64,000 nt of DNA from Myxococcota bacterium (GCA_965140415.1 OZ223209.1:2560001-2624000), one strand, 5' to 3'. Numbered from the stretch's first letter, positions 1-12,031 are shown. Notes: generated by a model from the sequence alone, not told the origin. Made by a program: numbers and translations.

Positions 1-1602
1 GTAAGACGAGGTTCTCTGGAGCTGGCAGGAACCAATCTGGATCTGGTCTTTGATTCCGTTGAAATGATGCGAGGAATGCTCGATAAAGTACGCAATGCAA
101 CCGAGCAATCGACTTCTATCCAGCCAACAGAAGAACTTGAAGAACACCTTGTTCGCTTGAATGCCGCAATTGAAGGCGAGGAAATTCCGGAAAAGGACGA
201 AATAAAGGCTGAAGCGGGCGACCGATTGGGTGAAGTGTTGGTCGCAAGCGGAAGAGTAAAGCGGGAAGATGTTGATAGTGCATTAATCGACCAGGTTGGT
301 AGTGGCAAACCGATCGGTGAGCAACTTGTTTCCAAAGGAGTTGTAAAACCCAAAGAAGTTGCAAAGGCGATCCGTGCTCAGAATAAGGCTCAAGCCCAGG
401 CCAAGATTAAAGAAACTGTGAAAGTCGATCTGGAAAAAGTTGACGATCTGGTTGAAATGATCGGTGAGCTGGTGATCGTCGAATCGATGGTGGCCAATCT
501 GCCGGAAATCGCGCGAATCGTCAACCCTGCGGCTCGAAACTATCTTGGTCAACTAACCAAAATTACAAGAGATCTTCAAATCGTCGGCATGGGAATGCGC
601 ATGGTTCCGGTGCGTGGCGTTTTCCAGAAAATGGCTCGTATGGTTCGCGATCTGTCCAGGAAGGGCGGAAAGAAAATCAATTTCGTTCAATCGGGTGAAG
701 GTACGGAAATGGATCGCAGTATGGTTGAACAGATCAGTGATCCACTTGTTCACATGATACGAAACTCCGTCGATCATGGGATCGAGTCCGTTGAAGATCG
801 TTTAAAGGCAGGCAAATCGGAAACCGGGGTGATTCATCTTAGCGCTTACCATGAAGGTGGAAGCATTGTGATTGAGATTGCTGACGACGGTAAAGGGTTG
901 GATCGTGAAGCGATTCTTGCCAAAGCGATTAAAAATCAATTGATCAAAGAAAATGACAATCTATCCGAAGGTGAGATCTTTAATTTGATCTTTGCTCCGG
1001 GTTTTTCAACGGCAAAGAAAGTGACAGAAATCAGCGGGCGTGGAGTTGGCATGGATGTTGTTCGACGCAATATCGAAGCCATGCGAGGGCGGGTAATCAT
1101 CTCTTCCAAAGCTGGGAAGGGGAGTACCTTCAAACTTACACTGCCGCTGACTCTCGCGATCATCGACGGCATGTTGGTTTCATCTGGTGATGAGCGATAC
1201 ATTATACCGACTCTTTCCATCATCGAATCGATCAAGCCGGATGCTTCCATGTTGTCAACTTATGGAGGTAAGGGAGAGCTGATCAATGTTCGAGGTGAAA
1301 TTCTTCAACTCGTGCGTTTGGATCGGTTGTTCAATATTTCCGGAGCGAAACAGGAGCCAACCGATGCGCTGGTTGTGATTCTTGAAAGCTATGGGAAGAA
1401 AATCGGTTTATTGGTTGATGATGTTCTTACCCAGCAGCAGGTGGTTATCAAGAGTCTTGGTGAGGGTATGCAGCAAATGAAGTTCGTTTCCGGTGCGGCG
1501 ATTCTGTCTGATGGTCGCGTTGGCTTGATTTTAAATGTAGAGGAAATCGGTTCGATTATAATGGATGGAAAATTTGGTTCGGCAAAGAAAGATCCGAGTT
1601 GA
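1..1602 (+). CDS. cheA: Chemotaxis histidine kinase CheA (5'-truncated by window edge)
   Basis: Frame open from base 1. Dimerisation region (VKVDLEKVDDLVEMIGELVI), HATPase motifs (HMIRNSVDHGIE, DDGKG, FAPGFST, GRGVGMDVV) and C-terminal CheW domain. Confidence 0.96.
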   Translation, partial: VRRGSLELAGTNLDLVFDSVEMMRGMLDKVRNATEQSTSIQPTEELEEHLVRLNAAIEGEEIPEKDEIKAEAGDRLGEVLVASGRVKREDVDSALIDQVGSGKPIGEQLVSKGVVKPKEVAKAIRAQNKAQAQAKIKETVKVDLEKVDDLVEMIGELVIVESMVANLPEIARIVNPAARNYLGQLTKITRDLQIVGMGMRMVPVRGVFQKMARMVRDLSRKGGKKINFVQSGEGTEMDRSMVEQISDPLVHMIRNSVDHGIESVEDRLKAGKSETGVIHLSAYHEGGSIVIEIADDGKGLDREAILAKAIKNQLIKENDNLSEGEIFNLIFAPGFSTAKKVTEISGRGVGMDVVRRNIEAMRGRVIISSKAGKGSTFKLTLPLTLAIIDGMLVSSGDERYIIPTLSIIESIKPDASMLSTYGGKGELINVRGEILQLVRLDRLFNISGAKQEPTDALVVILESYGKKIGLLVDDVLTQQQVVIKSLGEGMQQMKFVSGAAILSDGRVGLILNVEEIGSIIMDGKFGSAKKDPS

Positions 1603-1657
1603 AGTTGTGGCAATCGGATCGTTGATGTGCTGAGCCGGATGAATCAAGGAGGGCAAA

Positions 1658-2206
1658 ATGGAAAATGACAAAGGAACGGATGTGGGGCGAACGGAGAAGG
1701 ACGCCCAAAACGAAGATGCGCTTTCAACAGGAGTTGGTGAAGCCTTAGCGGGGAAGTATATGACTTTCAAGCTCGCCAAAGAAGAATACGGGCTTGAAAT
1801 TCTGAAGGTTCGTGAAATTATTGGAATGATGGATATTACGCGAGTTCCCAAGACCGATGAGTTTATCCGAGGAGTCATTAACCTGCGGGGAAAAGTGATT
1901 TCCGTTATCGATTTGCGTATGAAATTCGGAATGGACCAGACAGAAGAAACCGATCAGACGGTCATCATTGTCGTTCAGGTGCAACACAATGACATCGAAC
2001 TGACGATGGGAATTCTAGTGGACGAGGTGCTGGAAGTGTTGGATGTCAGTTCCTCTCAGATCGAGCCTCCTCCTACTTTTGGTGGCGGATCGATTAACAC
2101 GGACTTTATTCTTGGTGTAGGAAAGATCGACAAGCGTGTGGTTTTCCTGCTGGATATCAACAAGGTACTTACCGCTGAAGAAACGAAAGCGGTGATGAGC
2201 GTATAA
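1658..2206 (+). CDS. cheW: Chemotaxis coupling protein CheW
   Basis: YMTFKLAKEEYGLEILKVREI and GVINLRGKVISVIDLR motifs; follows cheA. Confidence 0.95.
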   Translation: MENDKGTDVGRTEKDAQNEDALSTGVGEALAGKYMTFKLAKEEYGLEILKVREIIGMMDITRVPKTDEFIRGVINLRGKVISVIDLRMKFGMDQTEETDQTVIIVVQVQHNDIELTMGILVDEVLEVLDVSSSQIEPPPTFGGGSINTDFILGVGKIDKRVVFLLDINKVLTAEETKAVMSV

Positions 2207-2254
2207 GGTGAAAAGCTTGGTGATGTTGAGTGAAAATAATTACGCAGGTTGAAA

Positions 2255-3064
2255 ATGGACGCAAAGCTATTTGATAAATTTCGCGAGATTGCATACTCGA
2301 TGGCAGGGATTGATATCAAGCCGGGTAAAGAAGCCTTGGTTTCTGCGCGTGTGCAAAAACGCTTGCGCGTGTTAAAAATCGATAGTGCCTGGGATTATCT
2401 CGATTTCTTGCAGAATGATGTGACTGGTGAAGAGCTTATCCACTTTCTTGATGCCATCTCAACAAACTTCACAAGCTTTTTCAGGGAATCGGATCATTTC
2501 GATCTGCTAGCGGAATCTGTCAAAGCGCGTTTGGATAAAGGTCAGAAGCGTTTTCGATTCTGGTCTGCGGCATCCTCAAGCGGTGAGGAGCCCTACAGTA
2601 TGGCCATGACGATCGAAGAGGCAATGGATGGAAAGTCGGCAGAATATCGGATTCTGGCAACGGACATTTCTACTCGGATTCTAGCGAGAGCCCAGTCCGG
2701 TCTTTATGATCCCAAAACGGTGGGGAGCATTCCTAAGACTTTGCGTATCAAGCACTTTGAACGTGAAGGCCATGTTGGAAAAGAAGATGAATTGTTTAGG
2801 GTAAAACCGCTGTTGCGCGAGAAAATCGTATTCAAGCGCTTGAACCTTTCTGCTCCGCCTTTTCCAATGACAGGCCCGCTTGATTTCGTGTTTTGCAGAA
2901 ACGTTATGATTTACTTTGACAAGCGAGTACGCCAGAATCTTATCAGTGAAATCGAACGGTTACTCGCTCCGGGTGGTTACTTGGTAATTGGTCACACAGA
3001 AACGCTTACTGGGTTGAAAAACGGATTTAAAGTTATTCGACCTTCAGTCTACAGGAAAAACTGA
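2255..3064 (+). CDS. cheR: Chemotaxis methyltransferase CheR
   Basis: TNFTSFFRE, WSAASSSGEEPYS, ATDIS and FCRNVMIYF motifs. Start could also be TTG 2249. Confidence 0.95.
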   Translation: MDAKLFDKFREIAYSMAGIDIKPGKEALVSARVQKRLRVLKIDSAWDYLDFLQNDVTGEELIHFLDAISTNFTSFFRESDHFDLLAESVKARLDKGQKRFRFWSAASSSGEEPYSMAMTIEEAMDGKSAEYRILATDISTRILARAQSGLYDPKTVGSIPKTLRIKHFEREGHVGKEDELFRVKPLLREKIVFKRLNLSAPPFPMTGPLDFVFCRNVMIYFDKRVRQNLISEIERLLAPGGYLVIGHTETLTGLKNGFKVIRPSVYRKN

Positions 3065-3134
3065 GAAGGTGTTGAACCGTTTGGGAAGATGGTGGCTATC
3101 ATAATAATTCAAATCGTTTAGATAAGGTCTGATC

Positions 3135-3614
3135 ATGAACCTGATAACGGTAGATATTTCAGACATACAGGTAAGCAATGATGCTGATGGGGTGCTGGTA
3201 ACATATGCCTTGGGTTCTTGTATCGCAGTGATGTTGTACGATCCTGTGTTGCATGTCGGAGGTATGATTCACTATATGTTGCCATTGTCTAAAACTTCTC
3301 CGGAAAAAGCGAAGGTAAAACCGGCGATGTTTGCAGATACCGGTGTCCCTCTTCTGTTTAAGAAAATGTATGAGCTTGGATGTAAAAAAGACAATTTGAT
3401 CGTCAAGGTAACAGGTGGCGGAAAAGTCTATGACGACAAGGGTGTCTTTGATATCGGAAAGCGTAACTATACAGTACTGAGAAAAATCTTCTGGAAGAAT
3501 GGTGTGATAATAAAAGCGGAAGATGTGGGGGGGAATCGTTCCCGGACTGCACGATTATTCCTTGGTGATGGTCGTGTGGAAATTCAATCCCAAGGGGAAA
3601 GGTGGGAGCTATGA
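3135..3614 (+). CDS. cheD: Chemoreceptor glutamine deamidase CheD
   Basis: ALGSCIAV (catalytic Cys), GMIHYMLP, IGKRN and EDVGG motifs. Confidence 0.93.
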   Translation: MNLITVDISDIQVSNDADGVLVTYALGSCIAVMLYDPVLHVGGMIHYMLPLSKTSPEKAKVKPAMFADTGVPLLFKKMYELGCKKDNLIVKVTGGGKVYDDKGVFDIGKRNYTVLRKIFWKNGVIIKAEDVGGNRSRTARLFLGDGRVEIQSQGERWEL

Positions 3615-4477
3615 CCTTAAAAGATCAAATCCTCTCACAAGTAGAGCGAATTCCGCCTATTCCGGGTGCGGTGGCGCATCTTTCAACTCTAATCCACTCA
3701 AAGAATGCAGGAGCCGGGGATTTTGAAAAGGTTATCAAACTCGATCCCGCGATGACGGCCAATATTTTACATATTGCCAATTCCAGTTATTTCGGTTGCC
3801 CCAAGGAAGTGACAAGCGTACGCCAAGCGGTTGTTGTGATTGGAGCAAGGCGTGTTTTCGAAGCTGCTTTGGCGACATCCATGTTGGGAGTGTTGCCGGA
3901 TAAGATAGCCGGTTACGACATCAGTTCCGATTCATTTTGGGTTCACTCTATAGCTGTTGCCATGGTTTCAGAGCGGTTGGCGAAAGAGTTGAAGTTGAAT
4001 GTTTCAGACCTTGTCTTCACCGGAGGTTTGTTGCATGATATAGGAAAACTGGCTATCGGTACGTTCCTTTCAAAGCAGCAGCAAGCGGTAAAGGATAATT
4101 TGGATAAGGGAGATGAGGCTTTCGTTTCACTTGAAAGAAAGCTACTTGGCATTGACCACAGTGAGATCGGTATCGATATCGCGAAGCAATGGAATTTCCC
4201 CGATCCGATTGTCTGGGCGGTAGGATGGCATCATCGGCCCAATGAAACGCCAGAAGGTGCGGACCAGAACTTGATTGACTTGGTACATATTGCTGACAGC
4301 TTGGCCCATTCGCTTGGTTTTGGAGCGGATGTCGGTGAGTTGTCCCGTAAAGTCGAGCCGGAAACGATCTCGCGCTTGGGATTAAAAGTTGGCCGACTTG
4401 AGTATGTAGCTAGTGAGATCTTAGATCAAATTAACGAAATTGGACATATTTTCAGGAAGGCTACTGGAGGAGAATGA
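3611..4477 (+). CDS. HDOD domain protein
   Basis: DPAMTANILHIANS, FWVHS, GLLHDIGK, DHSEIG and WHH motifs; ATGA overlap with the cheD stop. Confidence 0.92.
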   Translation: MTLKDQILSQVERIPPIPGAVAHLSTLIHSKNAGAGDFEKVIKLDPAMTANILHIANSSYFGCPKEVTSVRQAVVVIGARRVFEAALATSMLGVLPDKIAGYDISSDSFWVHSIAVAMVSERLAKELKLNVSDLVFTGGLLHDIGKLAIGTFLSKQQQAVKDNLDKGDEAFVSLERKLLGIDHSEIGIDIAKQWNFPDPIVWAVGWHHRPNETPEGADQNLIDLVHIADSLAHSLGFGADVGELSRKVEPETISRLGLKVGRLEYVASEILDQINEIGHIFRKATGGE

Positions 4478-4875
4478 TGGGGTACAATATTTTAGTGGTT
4501 GACGACTCTGACATTATCCGTTCCGTGATCAAGAAATCACTGGATATGTCCGGACTGCAAATCGGTGTTTTGCATGATGCCGCGAACGGGGTAGAAGCCC
4601 TTGAGGTCTTGGACAAAGAATGGGTGGATATCGTTTTCTCCGATATCAATATGCCGGAAATGAACGGGTTGGAACTGGTGGAAAAAATGTCTGCTGATGA
4701 GGCATTTAACCAAATTCCCGTAGTCATCATTTCCACCGAGAGAAGTCAGGCCCGTATCGATTCCCTGATGCGGCGTGGCGTTAGAGGGTATATTAACAAG
4801 CCGTTTACTCCGGAACAACTACGGGATATCGTTCTTGAAGTCCTCAAAGGGGAAGGGGAGGCTAGTCATGAGTGA
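4474..4875 (+). CDS. cheY: Single-domain response regulator (CheY-like)
   Basis: ILVVDD, SDINMPEMNG and NKPFT motifs; inside the che operon. Confidence 0.88.
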   Translation: MMGYNILVVDDSDIIRSVIKKSLDMSGLQIGVLHDAANGVEALEVLDKEWVDIVFSDINMPEMNGLELVEKMSADEAFNQIPVVIISTERSQARIDSLMRRGVRGYINKPFTPEQLRDIVLEVLKGEGEASHE

Positions 4876-5332
4876 ACTGCCTAATCGTGAACAGATAGCC
4901 GAAGTGGCGGGACGTGTATTAGAGGAGGCTGCATTTATATTTACCGAACCCATGGAAGAAGAGGAAGAATGGGACGATGATGTCCTGATGTCTGTTATCT
5001 CTTTCTCTGGTCCGAAAAAAGGTAGAATTGCGCTGGCCTCTTCATTTCAGTTTGGTACGGAACTGGCTGCTAATCTGTTGGGAGTAGAGCCTGATGATGA
5101 ACAGGCTGCCGAGAAAGCAGGTGGAGCATTAAGCGAAATCCTGAATATGCTGGCCGGTTCACTTGTTGCAGAAGTGTTTGGTACCGGTGTCGTTGTCAAT
5201 TTAGGTATTCCTGAAACCAAGCGAATTGATAAAGAAGACTTTTCTTCTCAAAGCGGAGATTATTCGGAATGGCTTCATTTCCAGACGGACGATGATAGCC
5301 GGATCGATTTGGGCATCCAATTTGACGAGTAA
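4868..5332 (+). CDS. cheX: CheX-like phosphatase
   Basis: ISFSGPKKGRI and ALSEILNMLAG (ExxN motif); ATG 4868 overlaps the end of cheY. Confidence 0.8.
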   Translation: MSELPNREQIAEVAGRVLEEAAFIFTEPMEEEEEWDDDVLMSVISFSGPKKGRIALASSFQFGTELAANLLGVEPDDEQAAEKAGGALSEILNMLAGSLVAEVFGTGVVVNLGIPETKRIDKEDFSSQSGDYSEWLHFQTDDDSRIDLGIQFDE

Positions 5333-5337
5333 GCCCA

Positions 5338-6940
<1,603 letters not shown>

Positions 6941-7048
6941 AGAACGCATTAAAAGTATCGTGTTCAAAGTGTAAACGACTTTTCCTTGCATCGTTCCTTG
7001 CAAGCAGGTATCAAAGAAGAGTCTTACTCTATAGGTGATGGCTTTGCG

Positions 7049-8314
7049 ATGGAGCGAAAGTCTGTACTGATCAATAAACAAAATGAAGAAAAGATCAAGC
7101 GGGAGTTGATTCAAGCTCTTGCTGAACGTCCGTTGCATGTCGTATTGCAGGCGGAATCCGAATCGGCAGTGGCAGCCATGATCCGGTTGGCAAGATTGGC
7201 CAAAGTCAATGGTGCTAGTCGTGTTGACATACAGGACGATGGTCGATTGATTTCGCGTGAGTCTGTTCGCAAAGCCTTAAAGTATGTAGGGATTACATCC
7301 GTTATGCCAACTCCTGAATCTGTTCAGGATCCTGTTGGGGCAAAGCGCATTGCCCAGATTGTGCTGAATTACCCCGAGTGGCTGTTGCCATATTACGTAG
7401 TATTCAATCACCGAAATCATGATGGTCAGATGCGTTCGGAAGCCATTTTACGTCCCACCTTCAAATGCAACGAAAACTGCCATTTCTGTTGGCTCAGGCA
7501 GGATCAAATTGATCCCGGCTTTGAATTGAATAAGGCAATGATCGGGTTATTAGCGCAAAAGGGACTTCATTACCTTGCATTCTCCGGGGGAGAGCCAACG
7601 TTGCTAAATGAACTGCCTGAATTGATTAGACTTGCCAAGCAAAAGGGTATTGCGGAAGTTTCATTGCAAACCAATGGTTTTAGCATTCAAAGTAAACGCG
7701 ATGTCAATGCACTGAAAAAAGCAGGTTTGGATTGGGTTTTCCTCGCTTTGCATGGAGCCTCTGCCGATGTGGCTGATTGTATTACTGAAAAGCCGGGAGG
7801 TTTTAGCCGAACGCTTAATGCCTTAAGGAGCTTGCTGGATGGCAATGTGCCTGTCATGTTGAATTTTGTCATGACGGATTTAAACATTGAAACTTTGCCG
7901 GAATACGCTCGTTTTGTGATCGCAGAGCGTGACAGATCGGGTCGGGAGTTGATGATCAATTTCTCATTGGCTGCGCCCATGGGGCGTTATGAAGAGGATT
8001 ACCTCGCACATACTCCACGATTGTCTGCGCTTCGAAAGCCGTTGACGCGCGCATTGCATCTGTTGGCTGATGCTGAAATTGGGTTGGATGGTTTAAGCAG
8101 TGCCTGCGGTCCACCGTTATGTGCCATCGAGGATTTATCTCTATTAAAGGATTTACCCATAATTGCAGAGGATATTTCCGAATCGGATTTTGTGAAGTCG
8201 TCTGACTGTTCCTATTGCGGAATGACTTCGTATTGCCACGGAATACGCAGGATCTATGCCGAGCGGTTCGGTTTAGATGAAGTTCGCCCATTTCCTGTAA
8301 TCACATACTCGTGA
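7049..8314 (+). CDS. Radical SAM protein with C-terminal Cys cluster (resembles HxsC-type peptide maturases)
   Basis: CNENCHFC, FSGGEPT and QTNG motifs; C-terminal CGPPLC...CSYCGMTSYCHG. Start chosen at ATG 7049. Confidence 0.8.
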   Translation: MERKSVLINKQNEEKIKRELIQALAERPLHVVLQAESESAVAAMIRLARLAKVNGASRVDIQDDGRLISRESVRKALKYVGITSVMPTPESVQDPVGAKRIAQIVLNYPEWLLPYYVVFNHRNHDGQMRSEAILRPTFKCNENCHFCWLRQDQIDPGFELNKAMIGLLAQKGLHYLAFSGGEPTLLNELPELIRLAKQKGIAEVSLQTNGFSIQSKRDVNALKKAGLDWVFLALHGASADVADCITEKPGGFSRTLNALRSLLDGNVPVMLNFVMTDLNIETLPEYARFVIAERDRSGRELMINFSLAAPMGRYEEDYLAHTPRLSALRKPLTRALHLLADAEIGLDGLSSACGPPLCAIEDLSLLKDLPIIAEDISESDFVKSSDCSYCGMTSYCHGIRRIYAERFGLDEVRPFPVITYS

Positions 8315-8431
8315 TTGGGTTCGTTTATTGCCCGATTTGTTCAGTGTTGACAGTAATTCTCCATACTGATATCCATTAAATATTGTGCTTTAAGCGCACC
8401 GCCAGAATATCGTGAATGATGGAGGTTTTCG

Positions 8432-10000
8432 ATGCTTCGATATGCATTTGTCGCCGTTGTAACTCTTTGCTGCATCCTTTGGTTGACAAGCGCTTGCTCA
8501 AACTCCGCTGACTGTGACCAGGCATGTGGTGAAAATCAAAGTTGTATAGACGGTTCTTGTGTGGACAACAGAACGGACGCTGATGTGGATCTTGAATGGG
8601 AGGGGGATATCGATTCAAGTATCGAAGCGGAAGCGATTCCATTCATTACGGATGAACAGGGTAGGGTGATGATCCTTCATGGAGTCAACATTGATTATGG
8701 AACGAAATCAAATCCAGAAGTTTTACCAGTCATCCCAAAAGAACAGGCAGAGCGATTGGTAAATAGCTTTGGGTTAAATTTCGTACGTCTCTTGATGGTT
8801 TGGGAGGGAGTGGAACCACAAGCGGGAGTAACTGATCGGAATTATTTGGATATGATCGAACAGCGCGTTGATCTGCTATGGGAAGCTGGCTTGTATGTGG
8901 TGCTTGATATGCATCAGGATGTCTATGCACAGCGGTTTTGCTGTGATGGTGCTCCAGAGTGGGCTATTCGCGATGATGACCTACCTTATGAATTACAGGA
9001 TCAGTGGTTTTTAAACTATTTCCAACCGGCAGTGCAGCGTTCTTTCGACAATTTCTGGGCCTATGATAAAGGCGAGCATGCCGATCTTCAGGACCACTAT
9101 GCTGCAATGTGGGTGGAGGTTGCGAAGCGATTCAAAGATCATCCTGCTGTATTGGGTTATGATCTTATGAACGAGCCGCATCCAGGTTCCGATTTTGATG
9201 CCGCCGAAGCCGTAGGATTGAGCCCTTCACGTGAGAGTCGTTCCGAATCCTTTGATAAAGAAAAACTCACACCGTTTTACCAACGAGTCACGAATGCCAT
9301 TCGAAGTGTCGATACGGAAAATTGGATTTTCTTCGAATCTCGCTATGGCGGTCCTGGTAACGGTAGTGCCAGTTGGATCGAGGGGTTGGATGATCCTCGT
9401 AACGGTTCGCCTCGACTTGCTTATTTTCCGCATCTCTATTCAGTGAGCGTGGAAAACAATCAATCCTATAATCAGGATACAATGACAACAATACCTGACT
9501 GGGAAGCGCACCGCTCTGAAGAAGTAACGAAGGAAGGTTGGCCGTTGTTGATTGGCGAATGGGGACTCGATTCTGCTTGGACGAATGCCGATCTGTTTAT
9601 GAAGCAGGTGTTGGCCATGGCGGATCGTCAAATGGCGGGGTGGGCGTATTGGGCATGGGATCCCGGAGGATGGAGTTTTATCGATTCCGATTTGAACGAG
9701 CGTGAAAGTGCGGACATAATTGTGCGCACTTATCCGCGCCGGATTGCCGGCAAACCGATCTCCTTTGGGTTTGATCCAGATACGAGAGTGTTCGAATTGA
9801 CCTTCGTGGATCGTGCCGGTGTTAGCGGTTCTACAGAAATATATCTGCCTGCTGTTCGCCATTATCCGGATGGTTGGACTGTGACTGTTAGTGATCCAGT
9901 GGATAGCTGGAGCATGGAATGGGATCAGAAGAAAGAATTGTTGACAATTACAACCACTCCCGATGCCGATGGTCACGAGATCCGTATCGAACCGAAATAA
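8432..10000 (+). CDS. GH5 glycoside hydrolase (endoglycoceramidase-like) lipoprotein
   Basis: Lipobox LTSAC, LDMHQD, YDLMNEP (acid/base), IGEWG (nucleophile) and C-terminal beta-sandwich (RTYPRRIAG). Confidence 0.9.
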   Translation: MLRYAFVAVVTLCCILWLTSACSNSADCDQACGENQSCIDGSCVDNRTDADVDLEWEGDIDSSIEAEAIPFITDEQGRVMILHGVNIDYGTKSNPEVLPVIPKEQAERLVNSFGLNFVRLLMVWEGVEPQAGVTDRNYLDMIEQRVDLLWEAGLYVVLDMHQDVYAQRFCCDGAPEWAIRDDDLPYELQDQWFLNYFQPAVQRSFDNFWAYDKGEHADLQDHYAAMWVEVAKRFKDHPAVLGYDLMNEPHPGSDFDAAEAVGLSPSRESRSESFDKEKLTPFYQRVTNAIRSVDTENWIFFESRYGGPGNGSASWIEGLDDPRNGSPRLAYFPHLYSVSVENNQSYNQDTMTTIPDWEAHRSEEVTKEGWPLLIGEWGLDSAWTNADLFMKQVLAMADRQMAGWAYWAWDPGGWSFIDSDLNERESADIIVRTYPRRIAGKPISFGFDPDTRVFELTFVDRAGVSGSTEIYLPAVRHYPDGWTVTVSDPVDSWSMEWDQKKELLTITTTPDADGHEIRIEPK

Positions 10001-10039
10001 AAGGAAGCTCGAACACGAAGAAAGGATTTTATGCGGTTC

Positions 10040-10166
10040 TTGACAGAATACCACGGGCTTGCCCGTGGATGAATGAGCCTTCCCGTCGCTGCGGTTGAGC
10101 AGCGGTGGGTCGGTTCCAACAGAACCGTAACAGTAAGTACCCCGGGTTTACCCGGGGGAATCTATT
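10040..10166. mobile_element. Short non-autonomous IS200/IS605-like remnant (two end-type hairpins, no ORF)
   Basis: CCACGGGC-TT-GCCCGTGG (10051-10068) followed by ATGAATG, and CCCCGGGT-TT-ACCCGGGG (10140-10157); both resemble IS200/IS605 subterminal palindromes. Lies between convergent genes. Confidence 0.5.
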
Positions 10167-11952
10167 CATTGCTGGGATCTGGAGAAGGTGTTTCGGTATC
10201 AAAGCGGGAACAATAACGCTCTTGAAGGTCCATCAGATGGTTCACTTCATTATCTCCACTTAACGCTTTTGCCAGTTCTTCCATTTTCGAGCGATAGTGC
10301 ACACAGGCTTTCTGAGCATAGCTCGTATCAACTCCCCATACTGGTACTGGAGTTGGGTGAGGCGGACGCGGCATAGGAGGCGGCGGAGAAATCAGGCGGT
10401 AGCAGGGCATCGTCCAGCATGGCCAGTTCCGATACGTTGCTGGGCTGGTTTGTGCCAGCAGATCGGTGAAGGTCAGGATCAGCCGAGCTTTTCGGACCGT
10501 TAATGCTGAGTCGGACTGCATCTGAGAGATTTTCCACTTGAAGTTTTCCGTTTTTGCTTCGCCACTTTTCGGATCGAAATACTCGATATCAAGCCCGATT
10601 TCATCTCTGGATGCAGGTTCGCCTTTAAGATCCATAAGGAAAAGTTGGGCCGAATTTGCGAAATAGTGAATGGCCTGAACTTTTTCTTTCTTTTCGCTGC
10701 TTTCTTCTCCGTAGAAAATATCCATTTTCAGAGATTCTGGTAGAGTCAATTTGAAATGAACGTCACGAGCGACTACTTCTAGAAGCGAAATGAATTTATC
10801 TCCGAATACTCGGGAAACGGCATTCTCACTGGATAGAAACAGATAGGCACCTTTTCCTCGTTCGGTCAATGTATTCAGCATACGGTCGTTGAAATCATGG
10901 CCGACCCCAATACCTGAAAGAGCGATATGGCGTTTGTCATAGTATTTCGTGACCGTTGCGGTCAAATCTTCGTTGGTCACACCGGTATTGGCCAGGGCGT
11001 CGGTAATCATGACAACACGATTGTTTTTGGACTTCTCCAAATAGTTTTCGGCGAGTTTGTACCCTTGATTCAAACCGTCGTGAAGGTTGGTTGAACCCCA
11101 GGATTCCAGTCGCTCGATGGCTTGTTCATATAGTTCTCGTTTGTCGCGTCCCACAACAAAGCCTTTCAGTGGGCTACAGATCTCGTGATTGAACTGGACA
11201 AGATTGACGACATCGCCTGTTTTAAACTGATCGTAAACTTGCTTCATCCCTTTTTTCAAGTAGTCCATCTTATTGGAAGAAGCCATGGAACCGGATTGGT
11301 CGAGAACGAAAGAGATAATCGCAGGTCTGCGCTCTTCCTTTGTCAAAGTCTTTCCGCGTACGCTTAACGACAACGTGGTTTGATTGCGCAGCAGTCCTTC
11401 TGTCAATTGCGGCTGCACAGCGAAAACGTAATCGCCTTTGGGGAGGCGACCATCGAAGCGATAGTAGTTAAGAAACTCGTGCGGACGCAGATGATTGACG
11501 GGAATGGGTAGCATATTGTCGATTGCATATTCGATGCGCTGGGCTGAAGACAGGCTCATGGAATCGTCGTTGGAGAGGTAAATAACGGACCCGGTGGTTT
11601 GGGGCGTTGGTGCATCCTGGCACTGTGGTGACTTAACTTGTGAATCTTGCTGCGGTATGGCGGCGGATTCAGCCATCTTGGCTGGCATTGGTGCTTGAAT
11701 TGCGCCCGGTTGTAGTGTTTTCTGAATGCCAATACCGCCGCGACCTCGAGGATTGCCGGTGGATTCGTCATAGCGTGCAGACTGGCGGCAATCGGTCACA
11801 ATTACGGGGCTGCCGACAGCAGATCCGGCAGGAGTAATCCATGAATCGGCAGGTGCTTTTTCTTGAGCTACGGCGAGTGAGTAGAAAACGACAGTAAGCA
11901 ATAGTGCCGTTAATACGAAGAAAAGGCTGAAAGCACGTTGCCTTCTAGACAT
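10162..11952 (-). CDS. Secreted von Willebrand factor A domain protein (YfbK-like)
   Basis: Signal peptide, EFLNYY, MIDAS VLDQSGSM, GSTN and ITDALAN motifs. Confidence 0.88.
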   Translation of the reverse strand: MSRRQRAFSLFFVLTALLLTVVFYSLAVAQEKAPADSWITPAGSAVGSPVIVTDCRQSARYDESTGNPRGRGGIGIQKTLQPGAIQAPMPAKMAESAAIPQQDSQVKSPQCQDAPTPQTTGSVIYLSNDDSMSLSSAQRIEYAIDNMLPIPVNHLRPHEFLNYYRFDGRLPKGDYVFAVQPQLTEGLLRNQTTLSLSVRGKTLTKEERRPAIISFVLDQSGSMASSNKMDYLKKGMKQVYDQFKTGDVVNLVQFNHEICSPLKGFVVGRDKRELYEQAIERLESWGSTNLHDGLNQGYKLAENYLEKSKNNRVVMITDALANTGVTNEDLTATVTKYYDKRHIALSGIGVGHDFNDRMLNTLTERGKGAYLFLSSENAVSRVFGDKFISLLEVVARDVHFKLTLPESLKMDIFYGEESSEKKEKVQAIHYFANSAQLFLMDLKGEPASRDEIGLDIEYFDPKSGEAKTENFKWKISQMQSDSALTVRKARLILTFTDLLAQTSPATYRNWPCWTMPCYRLISPPPPMPRPPHPTPVPVWGVDTSYAQKACVHYRSKMEELAKALSGDNEVNHLMDLQERYCSRFDTETPSPDPSNE

Positions 11953-12031
11953 GTTTACGTCTCCTTAGTATCGAACAGATACTTGTGTTATGCGAAAATC
12001 AGTTTAATCGTTACAAACAATTGAATTGGAC

